From positions 8,562-55,803 of the forward strand of contig CAZAKO010000003.1 in NCBI GenBank assembly GCA_964485745.1: DNA of 47,242 nucleotides. Reading direction: 5' to 3'. This document shows, piece by piece, positions 8,505-16,211 of this stretch. Source of the DNA: an uncultured bacterium. Lineage in GTDB: Bacteria > Fidelibacterota > UBA2242. Within the stretch, counting starts at the first letter, position 1; each line of letters opens with the position of its first letter. Under the pieces are notes generated by a model. It was not told where the DNA came from. It was given only the letters and a program-made list of their open reading frames with translations, and made no database searches. A program made the position numbers and the translations under genes.

Positions 8505-9920
8505 TCATTTTTTTTCAAATGCCGGTCGGAAGGTAAGACTAATCAATCGCGCAAAAAATCTGAGAATTACTTTCTTCGATTCATCTAAAAAGAAATTGCT
8601 GGACTCAGTGTCAAAAACCAAGGCGGCTTTAACATCGCTACTTATTGTCAGCGGTACCGCCAGTGCGGCCTTAGTCTTTAACAAATCCCAGATTTTTCGG
8701 ACATCCCGGATGGTTTTATCATTCTCTGAAACGAAAAGAATTTGGTCGTCGAGAATTGCATTAGCGGCAATGCTGTTACGGTTGTAAGGATGATCGAAGA
8801 ATCGCAGATCAGTAAAACTCGGATCGTAAGAATAGATACACCGTAGAACTGAACGATCTTCGGATAATAAGTACAAACGAGGGTAAATCAATTTATATTG
8901 TTTGCAGAAAAGCTGAATCAGATTCGTCTGTATTGCAGTAAAATCACCTGTTAAAGCAGGAATAATATCCTGGACATTTTTAATAATTGAAGAATAAATA
9001 TTGAAGATATCTGATTTTTTCGGATAAGTCAGTATACAGATCATACTGGAAAAATCGAATAGCGTATGAATCGGTGCGAACTGAAAATCTATTTGCTGGG
9101 TTTCTTTATTCTCATTTTTATATAGAATGGAGACTGCGGCAGGAGACAACGATTCGATTGCCTGGTTCATGCTCGGGATAATTTGTTTCAGGATATCGTC
9201 TTCAAAAAGTTTATTGAACGTATTACCCAGCAGACGTTCACGGGAAATCATCAGCATTTGTTCAGCGGCGGTGTTTGAGGAAGTGATTTTGCTATTCTCA
9301 TCGAATTCCAGAATTCCTACGGTGCCTCTTTCGATCACACCACGGTACACTTCCTGAAAGTTAGCCAAATATTGTTCTGATACAGACTGAAGAATAATCT
9401 CTCCCAGAACACTATGTAAAATGGATGGAACGCGCAAATTTACCTTATTGGGAGCCGTCTTGTCGCGTGGCTCATCCAGAGTCAGTACCGCGATTGGACG
9501 ACCGCCGTAGTACAATGGAGCATAGAGCAGATCATTTCTATTCCATTCGATACGCAGATTAAGCGGAATCTCAGTACTCAAACCATCACTGACGATCCGA
9601 CGGGCACGTTCATCACGCCAGGGGAGATAATAAAAAGGGATAATGCGCCATCGGTCAACTGCCGAACTCAGCAGTTCTTTGCGTTTTTCCGGAGCGAGCT
9701 TATTTTCTTCAGATTTCTTAACTTCTTCCGCAGAATAGCCGGAATAGAGAGTTTTCTTTGTTTCGAATTTTCCATTTAAAAAGCAAAGACTGACTTTCGC
9801 CCAACCTGATTTACGCAATATGTCCAGAATCTGGATACACTTGTCATCCAGCGAAGACAGGGTTTTTAATTGATACAAATAGGTAGAGAGAAGATCCAGA
9901 TAAGTCAGATCACTTGCCAT
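8505..9920 (-). CDS. Cytoplasmic GAF-PAS-GAF sensor protein without recognisable output domain
   Basis: 471 aa with no TM or signal peptide. N-terminal GAF-like (LLYAPLYYGGRPIAVLTLDEP), central PAS-like (GTVGILEFDENSKITSSNTAAEQMLMISRERLLGNTF), C-terminal GAF-like (ALAVPLTISSDVKAALVFDTES). No kinase, cyclase, HD-GYP or DNA-binding motif seen. Confidence 0.6.
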   Translation of the reverse strand: MASDLTYLDLLSTYLYQLKTLSSLDDKCIQILDILRKSGWAKVSLCFLNGKFETKKTLYSGYSAEEVKKSEENKLAPEKRKELLSSAVDRWRIIPFYYLPWRDERARRIVSDGLSTEIPLNLRIEWNRNDLLYAPLYYGGRPIAVLTLDEPRDKTAPNKVNLRVPSILHSVLGEIILQSVSEQYLANFQEVYRGVIERGTVGILEFDENSKITSSNTAAEQMLMISRERLLGNTFNKLFEDDILKQIIPSMNQAIESLSPAAVSILYKNENKETQQIDFQFAPIHTLFDFSSMICILTYPKKSDIFNIYSSIIKNVQDIIPALTGDFTAIQTNLIQLFCKQYKLIYPRLYLLSEDRSVLRCIYSYDPSFTDLRFFDHPYNRNSIAANAILDDQILFVSENDKTIRDVRKIWDLLKTKAALAVPLTISSDVKAALVFDTESSNFFLDESKKVILRFFARLISLTFRPAFEKK

Positions 9921-10134
9921 TGCTGATAAAAATCTTTCTTGTTTTTTAGTACGTCATATTTCCCGCTTTAATCTATCTATTTTGCAAATTCGTTACAAGA
10001 CAGAAATTTTCTTAAAATTTTCTATTATACTTCGACTGATTTGTGCCATTTCACTTTTTGACTAAGTATTTGAAAATGGTCAACCGAATAACTAATTTTG
10101 CGAGTTAATTTGGCAATTAAAGCATGTGTGATTA

Positions 10135-10163
10135 TTGACAAATCAAGATTTACACCATACAAT
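10135..10163 (+). promoter_or_regulatory. Putative sigma70-type promoter for the PEGA/beta-barrel gene
   Basis: TTGACA (10135-10140), an exact 17-nt spacer, then TACAAT (10158-10163). An AGAGGA RBS lies at 10183-10188 and the ATG at 10194. Confidence 0.6.
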
Positions 10164-10193
10164 TAGTTTTGACAATCATTCACAGAGGATTAA

Positions 10194-11681
10194 ATGAATT
10201 TTCCTACCCTTTCCGAAATCGTCTTGTTGATCAGTGGGTTGTTGACATCGGCTTTCCCACAGGACAAATTCAAATTGAACCTAGTCGACACTGATACAAT
10301 TGCCACGCCACCGGTAAGCATAGTAGATACTACCCAGAAATCATCACCAATGCCAGTCGCTGTAGCTATCATGGAGCTTGAAGCCAACGGCATTTTACCC
10401 ACTGAAGCACGTGCTTTGTCCGATCGTCTGCGCATTGAAATTTTTAAGGTTGGGATCTATCAGGTGCTGGAACGCGAAAAAATGAATCGGATACTGGACG
10501 AAATGCAGTTCCAACTTAGTGGTTGCACTTCTGATGAATGTGCCGTCGAAGTCGGTCGAATAGTAGGAGTGCAAAAAATAATCGCCGGCTCAATCAGTAA
10601 AGTCGGAGAATATTATTCGGTCAGCGTGCGTCTGATAGATGTGGAGACGGGAAAAATTGAAGCCACCGCATTAGAGGACATTGAAGGAACTTTGGGAGTT
10701 GTCCTGACCAAAGCCATCCCCTCGGTCGCCCGTCAAATTTCAGGTCTTTCACGAGAGCCAATTATTTTAGCAGGGCAGAAGACGACTTTTAACGTCGATA
10801 CTGAACCCCAAGGTGCGGCAATTTACCTCAACGGCATTTACAAAGGAGTCGCCCCACTGGAAATCGAGGTAAATTATGAATATTCGCACATGTTAAAGGC
10901 TGTTCTCGATGGATATGAAACATGGGAACGCACCTATGAAGCGCGGAAAAACCAGAGAACGGAAATCAACATTGTACTATTAAAAAAATCACCCAGCAAT
11001 GATCAGTCTGCTCAATTACATCCCCGTCGTTCATTCAATCAAGGTTTCAAAATCCGCTATGCCGATATGCGTGTCAAAGATAAAATCAATCATCAGATTG
11101 ATATGATCAATAGTAATCTCGCTTCCGGCAATCAACTTTTCAAGCAAAACATCGGAACACCTAATTTTGGCCAAATTAGTCATTTTAACGGCATCGAATT
11201 TTACAATTTACGCCAGCTTGGTCCCTGGTTAGGTTTCGATTTTGGGTTGGGTTATTATCGGAATAACTTTGATCATTGGATTACTGATATATTTAAATCG
11301 GACGGCTCTTCCGACGATTATCGACTCTCCGTAATAAGTCCAGAACTGACATTCAATCTACGATTTGCACCGATTCGTTATCCCTTATTTTACCCATATT
11401 TCAATATTGGGTTAGGCTATAATTTGCTCGTTATTCAGACGCATCAGGGCGATAAATCCTTTGGCGGCCCCTTGTATCAAGCATGGGGAATGACGTATGG
11501 TGGTGGTTTGGAAATTCGGCCCTTTAAAGCGATAGGTTTTGCAGTCGAATGGCTTCATCGCAGAATGGATCTGGAACTGATGGATGTTGATAAAGTCACG
11601 GATCGTTTTAAGCACGCCGGATTAACAAAAATACCGCTCGGTGGAAATAATGTGGGAGTTTCCCTGAATCTGTATTATTAG
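10194..11681 (+). CDS. Outer-membrane protein: LpoB/CsgG-like domain + PEGA domain + C-terminal beta-barrel
   Basis: 495 aa. Signal peptide (LLISGLLTSAFPQ). Residues 53-185 resemble LpoB/CsgG-like modules (VAVAIMELEANG...LSDRLRIEI...YQVLEREKMNRILDEMQFQLSG). PEGA-like segment (VDTEPQGAAIYLNGIYKGVAPLEIEV). Gly/aromatic-rich C-terminal half ends in the OMP-type signature VSLNLYY. Confidence 0.65.
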   Translation: MNFPTLSEIVLLISGLLTSAFPQDKFKLNLVDTDTIATPPVSIVDTTQKSSPMPVAVAIMELEANGILPTEARALSDRLRIEIFKVGIYQVLEREKMNRILDEMQFQLSGCTSDECAVEVGRIVGVQKIIAGSISKVGEYYSVSVRLIDVETGKIEATALEDIEGTLGVVLTKAIPSVARQISGLSREPIILAGQKTTFNVDTEPQGAAIYLNGIYKGVAPLEIEVNYEYSHMLKAVLDGYETWERTYEARKNQRTEINIVLLKKSPSNDQSAQLHPRRSFNQGFKIRYADMRVKDKINHQIDMINSNLASGNQLFKQNIGTPNFGQISHFNGIEFYNLRQLGPWLGFDFGLGYYRNNFDHWITDIFKSDGSSDDYRLSVISPELTFNLRFAPIRYPLFYPYFNIGLGYNLLVIQTHQGDKSFGGPLYQAWGMTYGGGLEIRPFKAIGFAVEWLHRRMDLELMDVDKVTDRFKHAGLTKIPLGGNNVGVSLNLYY

Positions 11682-11753
11682 GGGAACCATTACCAAACCG
11701 ATCTTCTTGCGCAATTGCCGGTCAGAAATGTAAATTAGCCCGCTTTTTATCAT

Positions 11754-11827
11754 TGGGGAGTCGTCCAACGGCAGGACATCAGACTCTGGATCTGAGTATC
11801 GGGGTTCGAATCCCTGCTCCCCAGCCA
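11754..11827 (+). tRNA. tRNA-Gln (anticodon CTG), CCA encoded
   Basis: Acceptor TGGGGAG/CTCCCCA (U1-A72, typical of bacterial tRNA-Gln), anticodon stem TCAGA/TCTGA with loop CTCTGGA (CTG), T arm CGGGG-TTCGAAT-CCCTG, discriminator G followed by CCA. The 68-aa minus-strand ORF at 11622-11828 is its shadow. Confidence 0.9.
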
Positions 11828-11883
11828 ATTAGTTATTTGGAATAGTAATCTGATGTCATGGAAAATTTGAGATAATCTGAAAC

Positions 11884-11956
11884 GGCGCATTCGTCTAGGG
11901 GTTTAGGACGCTGGCCTCTCACGTCGGTAACAGGGGTTCGAATCCCCTATGCGCTA
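11884..11956 (+). tRNA. tRNA-Glu (anticodon CTC)
   Basis: Near-identical architecture to E. coli tRNA-Glu: GTC-TAGGGGTTTAG-GAC D arm, anticodon stem CTGGC/GTCGG with loop CTCTCAC (CTC), TAACA variable loop, AGGGG-TTCGAAT-CCCCT T arm. Acceptor GGCGCAT/ATGCGCT has G1-U72. CCA is not encoded. Confidence 0.88.
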
Positions 11957-12159
11957 CAAAGCAGGTGGTCGGTTTATATCCTTCAGGGTCTTAAAGATAG
12001 CAACTTTCACGTCGGGTAAGCGAAATCGTAACAGCGCGTTTAAAGAATAATAACGGCGGCGAAGTACGTTCTACCAAGGCAATAAATCGCATATAACAAA
12101 GTTTGTAGCCATTATGCTCTTTATTTAGATTACGTACCAAATAAAAAAGGAGCGATGAT

Positions 12160-12495
12160 ATGACATATAAATTTGACAATCAGTTTCTCCAAATTACAAT
12201 AACAGTACCATCCCGCGAGCTTGCATCCGCAATTGCTAATTCGCTTGTTGAACAGCACCTTGCCGCCTGTGTGCAAATCAGTGGACCTGTGATGAGCATT
12301 TATCATTGGCAAGGTAAAATCGAGACCGCAGAAGAATGGGTTTGTAAGATTAAAAGTATCGACAAAAATTTAAAACAGATCATCGCTACAGTCAAACAAA
12401 GTCATCCCTACCAGGTTCCTGAAATTATCGCGATGCCGATTATTGCCGGCAATGAGGCTTATCTGGATTGGGTAGCCGAACAGACGAAAAACTGA
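12160..12495 (+). CDS. cutA: Divalent-cation tolerance protein CutA
   Basis: 111 aa. CutA1 family pattern LAACVQI...S.Y.W.G.IE...E....IKS......L......HPY..PEII..PI..GN..YL.WV. GGAG RBS lies 8 nt upstream. Confidence 0.85.
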   Translation: MTYKFDNQFLQITITVPSRELASAIANSLVEQHLAACVQISGPVMSIYHWQGKIETAEEWVCKIKSIDKNLKQIIATVKQSHPYQVPEIIAMPIIAGNEAYLDWVAEQTKN

Positions 12496-12623
12496 ATTTT
12501 CGTAGATTCATGCGTTCGAAACTCTCTGAGATATGCTGTTAGCATTTTAACTAACTAAAGTCCGCCATTATAATATCAAATCGATTATTTAATTAATAAT
12601 GGTATTTTAATATCTACCTTAAA

Positions 12624-12653
12624 TATGCAATAATATATAAAATATATTGCATA
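12624..12653. promoter_or_regulatory. 9-bp-arm inverted repeat (candidate operator) overlapping a putative glnA -35 element
   Basis: TATGCAATA (12624-12632), a 12-nt AT spacer, then TATTGCATA (12645-12653). The right arm contains TTGCAT (12647-12652), which with a 17-nt spacer and TAGATT (12670-12675) forms a plausible promoter about 40 nt upstream of the glnA ATG. Confidence 0.4.
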
Positions 12654-12716
12654 ATGTAAACATTCTTATTAGATTGCCACCACTTTATTATATCTTTTTT
12701 AAACAGAAAGGTCATT

Positions 12717-14030
12717 ATGTTAAAAGAGGCGATGAAAGACAAGATCGAATTTGTAAGTTTGCAGTTCAGCGACTTATTAGGTGTTCCTAAAGAAGTGATT
12801 ATTCCATTTTCCGCGCTAGAAGGAGCGGTAGAAAATGGAATCTGGTTTGACGGTTCTTCTATAGAAGGTTTTGCCCGCATCCAGGAAAGTGATTTGTTTC
12901 TAAAACCGGACATGGCAACTTATGCACCCGTTCCATGGATAAATGAAAATGGTAGAACTGCCCGAGTAATTTGTGATATTTATAATGCTGAAGGTGAACC
13001 ATTCGTCAATGATCCCCGTTTCATTCTGAAAAAAATAGTCAAAGAAGCTGGGCAGCAGAACTTCGTTTTCAATGTCGGGCCAGAGTTGGAATTCTACCTT
13101 ATGCGGAATGACCAGAATTTGCCGACGACAGTAATTGATTCCGGTGGTTATTTTGACTTTACATCCTATGAAGGCTTTAAAGTTCTGCGTGATATTATCA
13201 CTGCCTTGAAGAGTTTTAATATCATTGTTGAAACGGGACATCATGAAGTTGGCAAAGGGCAATACGAAATTGATTTCCATTACGGCAATGCTCTCGAAAC
13301 TGCCGATAAAATGCTGACCCTAAAATATACGATCAAGAAGATCGCCCAGATGAACGGGCTAAGAGCAACTTTCATGGCGAAACCCATTGCAGGGGTACCC
13401 GGTTCCGGAATGCATACCCATCAGAGCCTGTTTGACGAGCGGACTGGCCAAAACCTCTTCTATGATGAAAACGATACATACCGTTTGTCTAAGACTGCTT
13501 ATCATTTTATCGCCGGACAAATGAAACATATCAAAGCGATGAGTGCGATTCTATGTCCAACGGTCAATTCCTATAAACGCCTGGTAACCGGTTTTGAAGC
13601 ACCGGTTTATATTACGTGGGCAAGCATGAACCGCACGGCTTTAATACGCGTCCCTAAATGGTTCAAACAAAAAAGTAATTCAGCACGTATTGAATTGCGA
13701 TGTCCGGATCCTACGTGCAACCCATATTTGGCGTTTGCGGTGATGTTAAAAGCCGGTTTGGAAGGTATCGAGCATAAACTTGAACCAGATAAACCGGTTG
13801 AAGAAAATATTTTCAAACTCGATCAAGAAGTACTACGGATGAAAAAAATTGATATGCTTCCTTCGACACTTAATGAGGCTCTGACCTATATGAAACAAAG
13901 CCAGATGATTAAAACTACGTTAGGTGATGCACTGTTCAATAAGTACCTTGATATTAAGAACCACGAATATAGCGAATACAAACAGCAAGTGACCTATTGG
14001 GAAGTCCAAAGATATATAGATATGTTTTGA
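12717..14030 (+). CDS. glnA: Glutamine synthetase, type I (short GSI-alpha form)
   Basis: 437 aa. GS beta-grasp (FVSLQFSDLLG..K), catalytic motifs GPELEFYL, KPIAGVPGSGMHTHQSLF and NSYKRLV. No Tyr-adenylylation-loop motif noticed. Confidence 0.93.
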   Translation: MLKEAMKDKIEFVSLQFSDLLGVPKEVIIPFSALEGAVENGIWFDGSSIEGFARIQESDLFLKPDMATYAPVPWINENGRTARVICDIYNAEGEPFVNDPRFILKKIVKEAGQQNFVFNVGPELEFYLMRNDQNLPTTVIDSGGYFDFTSYEGFKVLRDIITALKSFNIIVETGHHEVGKGQYEIDFHYGNALETADKMLTLKYTIKKIAQMNGLRATFMAKPIAGVPGSGMHTHQSLFDERTGQNLFYDENDTYRLSKTAYHFIAGQMKHIKAMSAILCPTVNSYKRLVTGFEAPVYITWASMNRTALIRVPKWFKQKSNSARIELRCPDPTCNPYLAFAVMLKAGLEGIEHKLEPDKPVEENIFKLDQEVLRMKKIDMLPSTLNEALTYMKQSQMIKTTLGDALFNKYLDIKNHEYSEYKQQVTYWEVQRYIDMF

Positions 14031-14063
14031 AATATACAGATTCTTAATCCTCAAAAGACAACG

Positions 14064-14100
14064 ACCGCTTCTTCGGAATAGCCATGAAGCGGTTTTTGTT
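14064..14100 (+). terminator. Rho-independent terminator after glnA
   Basis: ACCGCTTC (14064-14071), a 14-nt loop, then GAAGCGGT (14086-14093), followed by TTTTGTTGTT. Confidence 0.6.
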
Positions 14101-14225
14101 GTTAAGTAAAACAGACCATAGATACTATTGAATCGTATGCCCCTGAAAAAGTCGAGGAGAGGAGAGAGGATTTATTTTGATGCCGATCTGCAAAAATATC
14201 TTGAAAATGATGGTAATACTCCTTA

Positions 14226-14243
14226 ACTTACCGACCGGTAAGT
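14226..14243. promoter_or_regulatory. Palindromic candidate TetR operator
   Basis: ACTTACCG-AC-CGGTAAGT, a perfect 8-bp-arm palindrome 12 nt upstream of the TetR ATG. It overlaps a weak putative -10 (TTAACT 14223-14228, 16 nt after TTGAAA 14201-14206). Confidence 0.55.
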
Positions 14244-14254
14244 AAGGACATCGT

Positions 14255-14857
14255 ATGCGAAGTGAAAATATTACCAAAGATAAAATCTTCAAAACCGCCG
14301 CGGAACTATTTGCCGAAATGGGGTATGAACGTACCTCGATGCGTGAAATCGCGGCCCGCTGTGCGATTACCAAACCGGCACTGTACTATTATTTCCCCGA
14401 TAAGAAAACTCTTTTCCAGGAGATAATTGATACGGTTATAACGTATATTGATCGTGCCAGTCAGGACATTGCTGATAGCAATCAGTCGCCGGTAGAAAAA
14501 TTATATGCTTTGGCCTTCAACCGTTTCCGGCAGATTAAAGTCCATCCGGAGGTGGCCCGATTCTTATATAAACTCATCGTCGGAGAAGTGCCGTATGACA
14601 TTGCGCTTGACCTGATCCGGATTTTTCAGCCGTATGTCGCATCATTAAATCGCATACTGCAGGAAGGACAGGAACTTGGTGTTTTCGTAGCGGATTTTGA
14701 TTTTAAAAATTTCGGTTTCTGTCTGACCGGTGGTATCAATTTTTATGTTATGCGCTATTTTCATTTTGGGATTGATGAACTTGACGAGCAAAATGCTCGA
14801 TTATTGGTCGATACACTTTTAAATGGGATACGTAAACCGAAAAGCGAGGTTATATGA
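14255..14857 (+). CDS. TetR/AcrR family transcriptional regulator
   Basis: 200 aa. N-terminal TetR HTH (IFKTAAELFAEMGYERTSMREIAARCAITKPALYYYFPDK). The stop overlaps the downstream ATG (ATGA at 14854-14857). Confidence 0.9.
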   Translation: MRSENITKDKIFKTAAELFAEMGYERTSMREIAARCAITKPALYYYFPDKKTLFQEIIDTVITYIDRASQDIADSNQSPVEKLYALAFNRFRQIKVHPEVARFLYKLIVGEVPYDIALDLIRIFQPYVASLNRILQEGQELGVFVADFDFKNFGFCLTGGINFYVMRYFHFGIDELDEQNARLLVDTLLNGIRKPKSEVI

Positions 14858-16200
14858 ATAATAGACTGAAGTTTTTTTACCGCGGATTTATGTTTCTGCT
14901 TTTAATCAGGACAAGTCTGCACGGAGAATTGCTGAATCTTGATTTACAAAAGGCCTGTGATATTGCTCTACAGAATAATCCCGGTGTGAAATTGGCTCGC
15001 GAAGGTGTCCAGAAATCGGAGGAGCGCGTTCGGGAGGCCCGTGGTGGACTTTTACCGACGCTGAGCGGTTTTTCACAGTACCAACATGCCTGGGAACTTC
15101 CCACCTTTGTTATGAATTTTCCTGATCCTCTGACCGGACAAACAAAAGTCCTGAAGATTAAAATGGGGCAAGAAAACACCATTGCCTATGGATTTTCGTT
15201 CTCCCAGCCGGTTTATCTTGGGGGTACCTTACAGAATGCCTATCGGCTTAGCCGCCTCGGCGTAAATATAAGTAAGGTGCAACTAAAGATCACCGAGCAG
15301 AAGGTAGTCAATGAGGTAACAAATGCGTATTATGGATTATTATTTGCACGGTCGGCGTCAGAAGTAACTGCTGAAGGATTAAATTCCGCCCAGGAAAATT
15401 TGGCACAAGTCAGGAAGTTTTTCGATGTCGGTCGGGCCTCGCGATTCGATGTTCTACGGGCAGAAGTTCAGGTAGCCAATTATCAACCGATGGTAGTAAC
15501 TGCCCGCAACGCCGTGCGTCTGGCGGAATCAGCCTTACGAATGGCGCTGGGTATCGCGGATGAAATTGAACTAAATATCACTGAAAAATTGCAATACGCT
15601 ACAACAGATTATTCTAATAAGGCATTGGATGAATTGCTGATAATTGCTTTGCGAGAGCGACCGGAACTCGGTCTGCTTGCTCAGCAGAAGCAAATGGCTG
15701 ACAGGCAAATTGCATTATCCAAGGCCTCCACGAAACCGTCTTTACTATTTGGAAGTAATTATCAATTTCAGGGTCAGCGGGATGATCTAAAGTTCGTTTC
15801 GGATGATTTCTTTAAATCGTTCAGTTCGTCCTTCAGTTTGAATGTTCCGCTTTTTGCCGGTTTTACCAATAATGCCAAGATTCAGCAGGCCAAAATTGCG
15901 CGTAAAGAAGTTGATCTACAACAGGAATCGTTGATCAATGCTATCAAGCTGGAAGTAAAATCGAGTTATTTCTCCATGAAGGAAGCAGATGAAAATGTCA
16001 AGTCTCAATTGAAAACGATTGATCAGGCTCAGGAAGCATTGAGATTAGCTCAGATAATGTATAGTGAAGGTGCCAGCACTCAGTTGGATGTTTTGAATGC
16101 CAATTTAGCAGTCAACCAGGCGAAGATGAACTACCAGAAATCGCTTTATGAATACAACGTCGCGCTGGCGAACCTTAAAAAAGCCATTAATCAGTTATAG
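14854..16200 (+). CDS. TolC-family outer-membrane efflux protein
   Basis: 448 aa with a signal peptide and two OEP repeats (e.g. LLPTLSGFSQYQ..., YSEGASTQLDVLNANLAVNQAKMNY). Confidence 0.88.
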   Translation: MNNRLKFFYRGFMFLLLIRTSLHGELLNLDLQKACDIALQNNPGVKLAREGVQKSEERVREARGGLLPTLSGFSQYQHAWELPTFVMNFPDPLTGQTKVLKIKMGQENTIAYGFSFSQPVYLGGTLQNAYRLSRLGVNISKVQLKITEQKVVNEVTNAYYGLLFARSASEVTAEGLNSAQENLAQVRKFFDVGRASRFDVLRAEVQVANYQPMVVTARNAVRLAESALRMALGIADEIELNITEKLQYATTDYSNKALDELLIIALRERPELGLLAQQKQMADRQIALSKASTKPSLLFGSNYQFQGQRDDLKFVSDDFFKSFSSSFSLNVPLFAGFTNNAKIQQAKIARKEVDLQQESLINAIKLEVKSSYFSMKEADENVKSQLKTIDQAQEALRLAQIMYSEGASTQLDVLNANLAVNQAKMNYQKSLYEYNVALANLKKAINQL

Positions 16201-16211
16201 GAGTGTATAAA

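Noticed and set aside
11622-11828. 68-aa minus-strand ORF (MAGEQGFEPRYSDPESDVLPLDD...)
   Set aside because: It is the antisense shadow of tRNA-Gln. The GFEPR-type peptide is the classic translation of a tRNA T-arm and acceptor region.
11754-11956. tRNA-Gln/tRNA-Glu pair as a possible integration hotspot flanking a genomic island
   Set aside because: There is no integrase, recombinase or phage gene on either side. I noticed no duplicated tRNA 3'-end direct repeat in the window, and the flanking genes (cutA, glnA) are core.
12496-12716. Possible glutamine riboswitch (glnA RNA) or T-box-like leader before glnA
   Set aside because: The region is extremely AT-rich. It lacks the GC-rich conserved cores and stems of those RNAs, so a DNA-level operator or promoter reading fits better.
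14137-14226. 29-aa ORF (MPLKKSRRGERIYFDADLQKYLENDGNTP) upstream of the TetR gene, and a 30-aa ORF (ATG near nt 31003, stop near nt 31113) across the intergenic gap upstream of the leuS 3' end
   Set aside because: Both are very short, with no RBS or distinctive composition, and sit in promoter or terminator space. There is no basis to call them genes.
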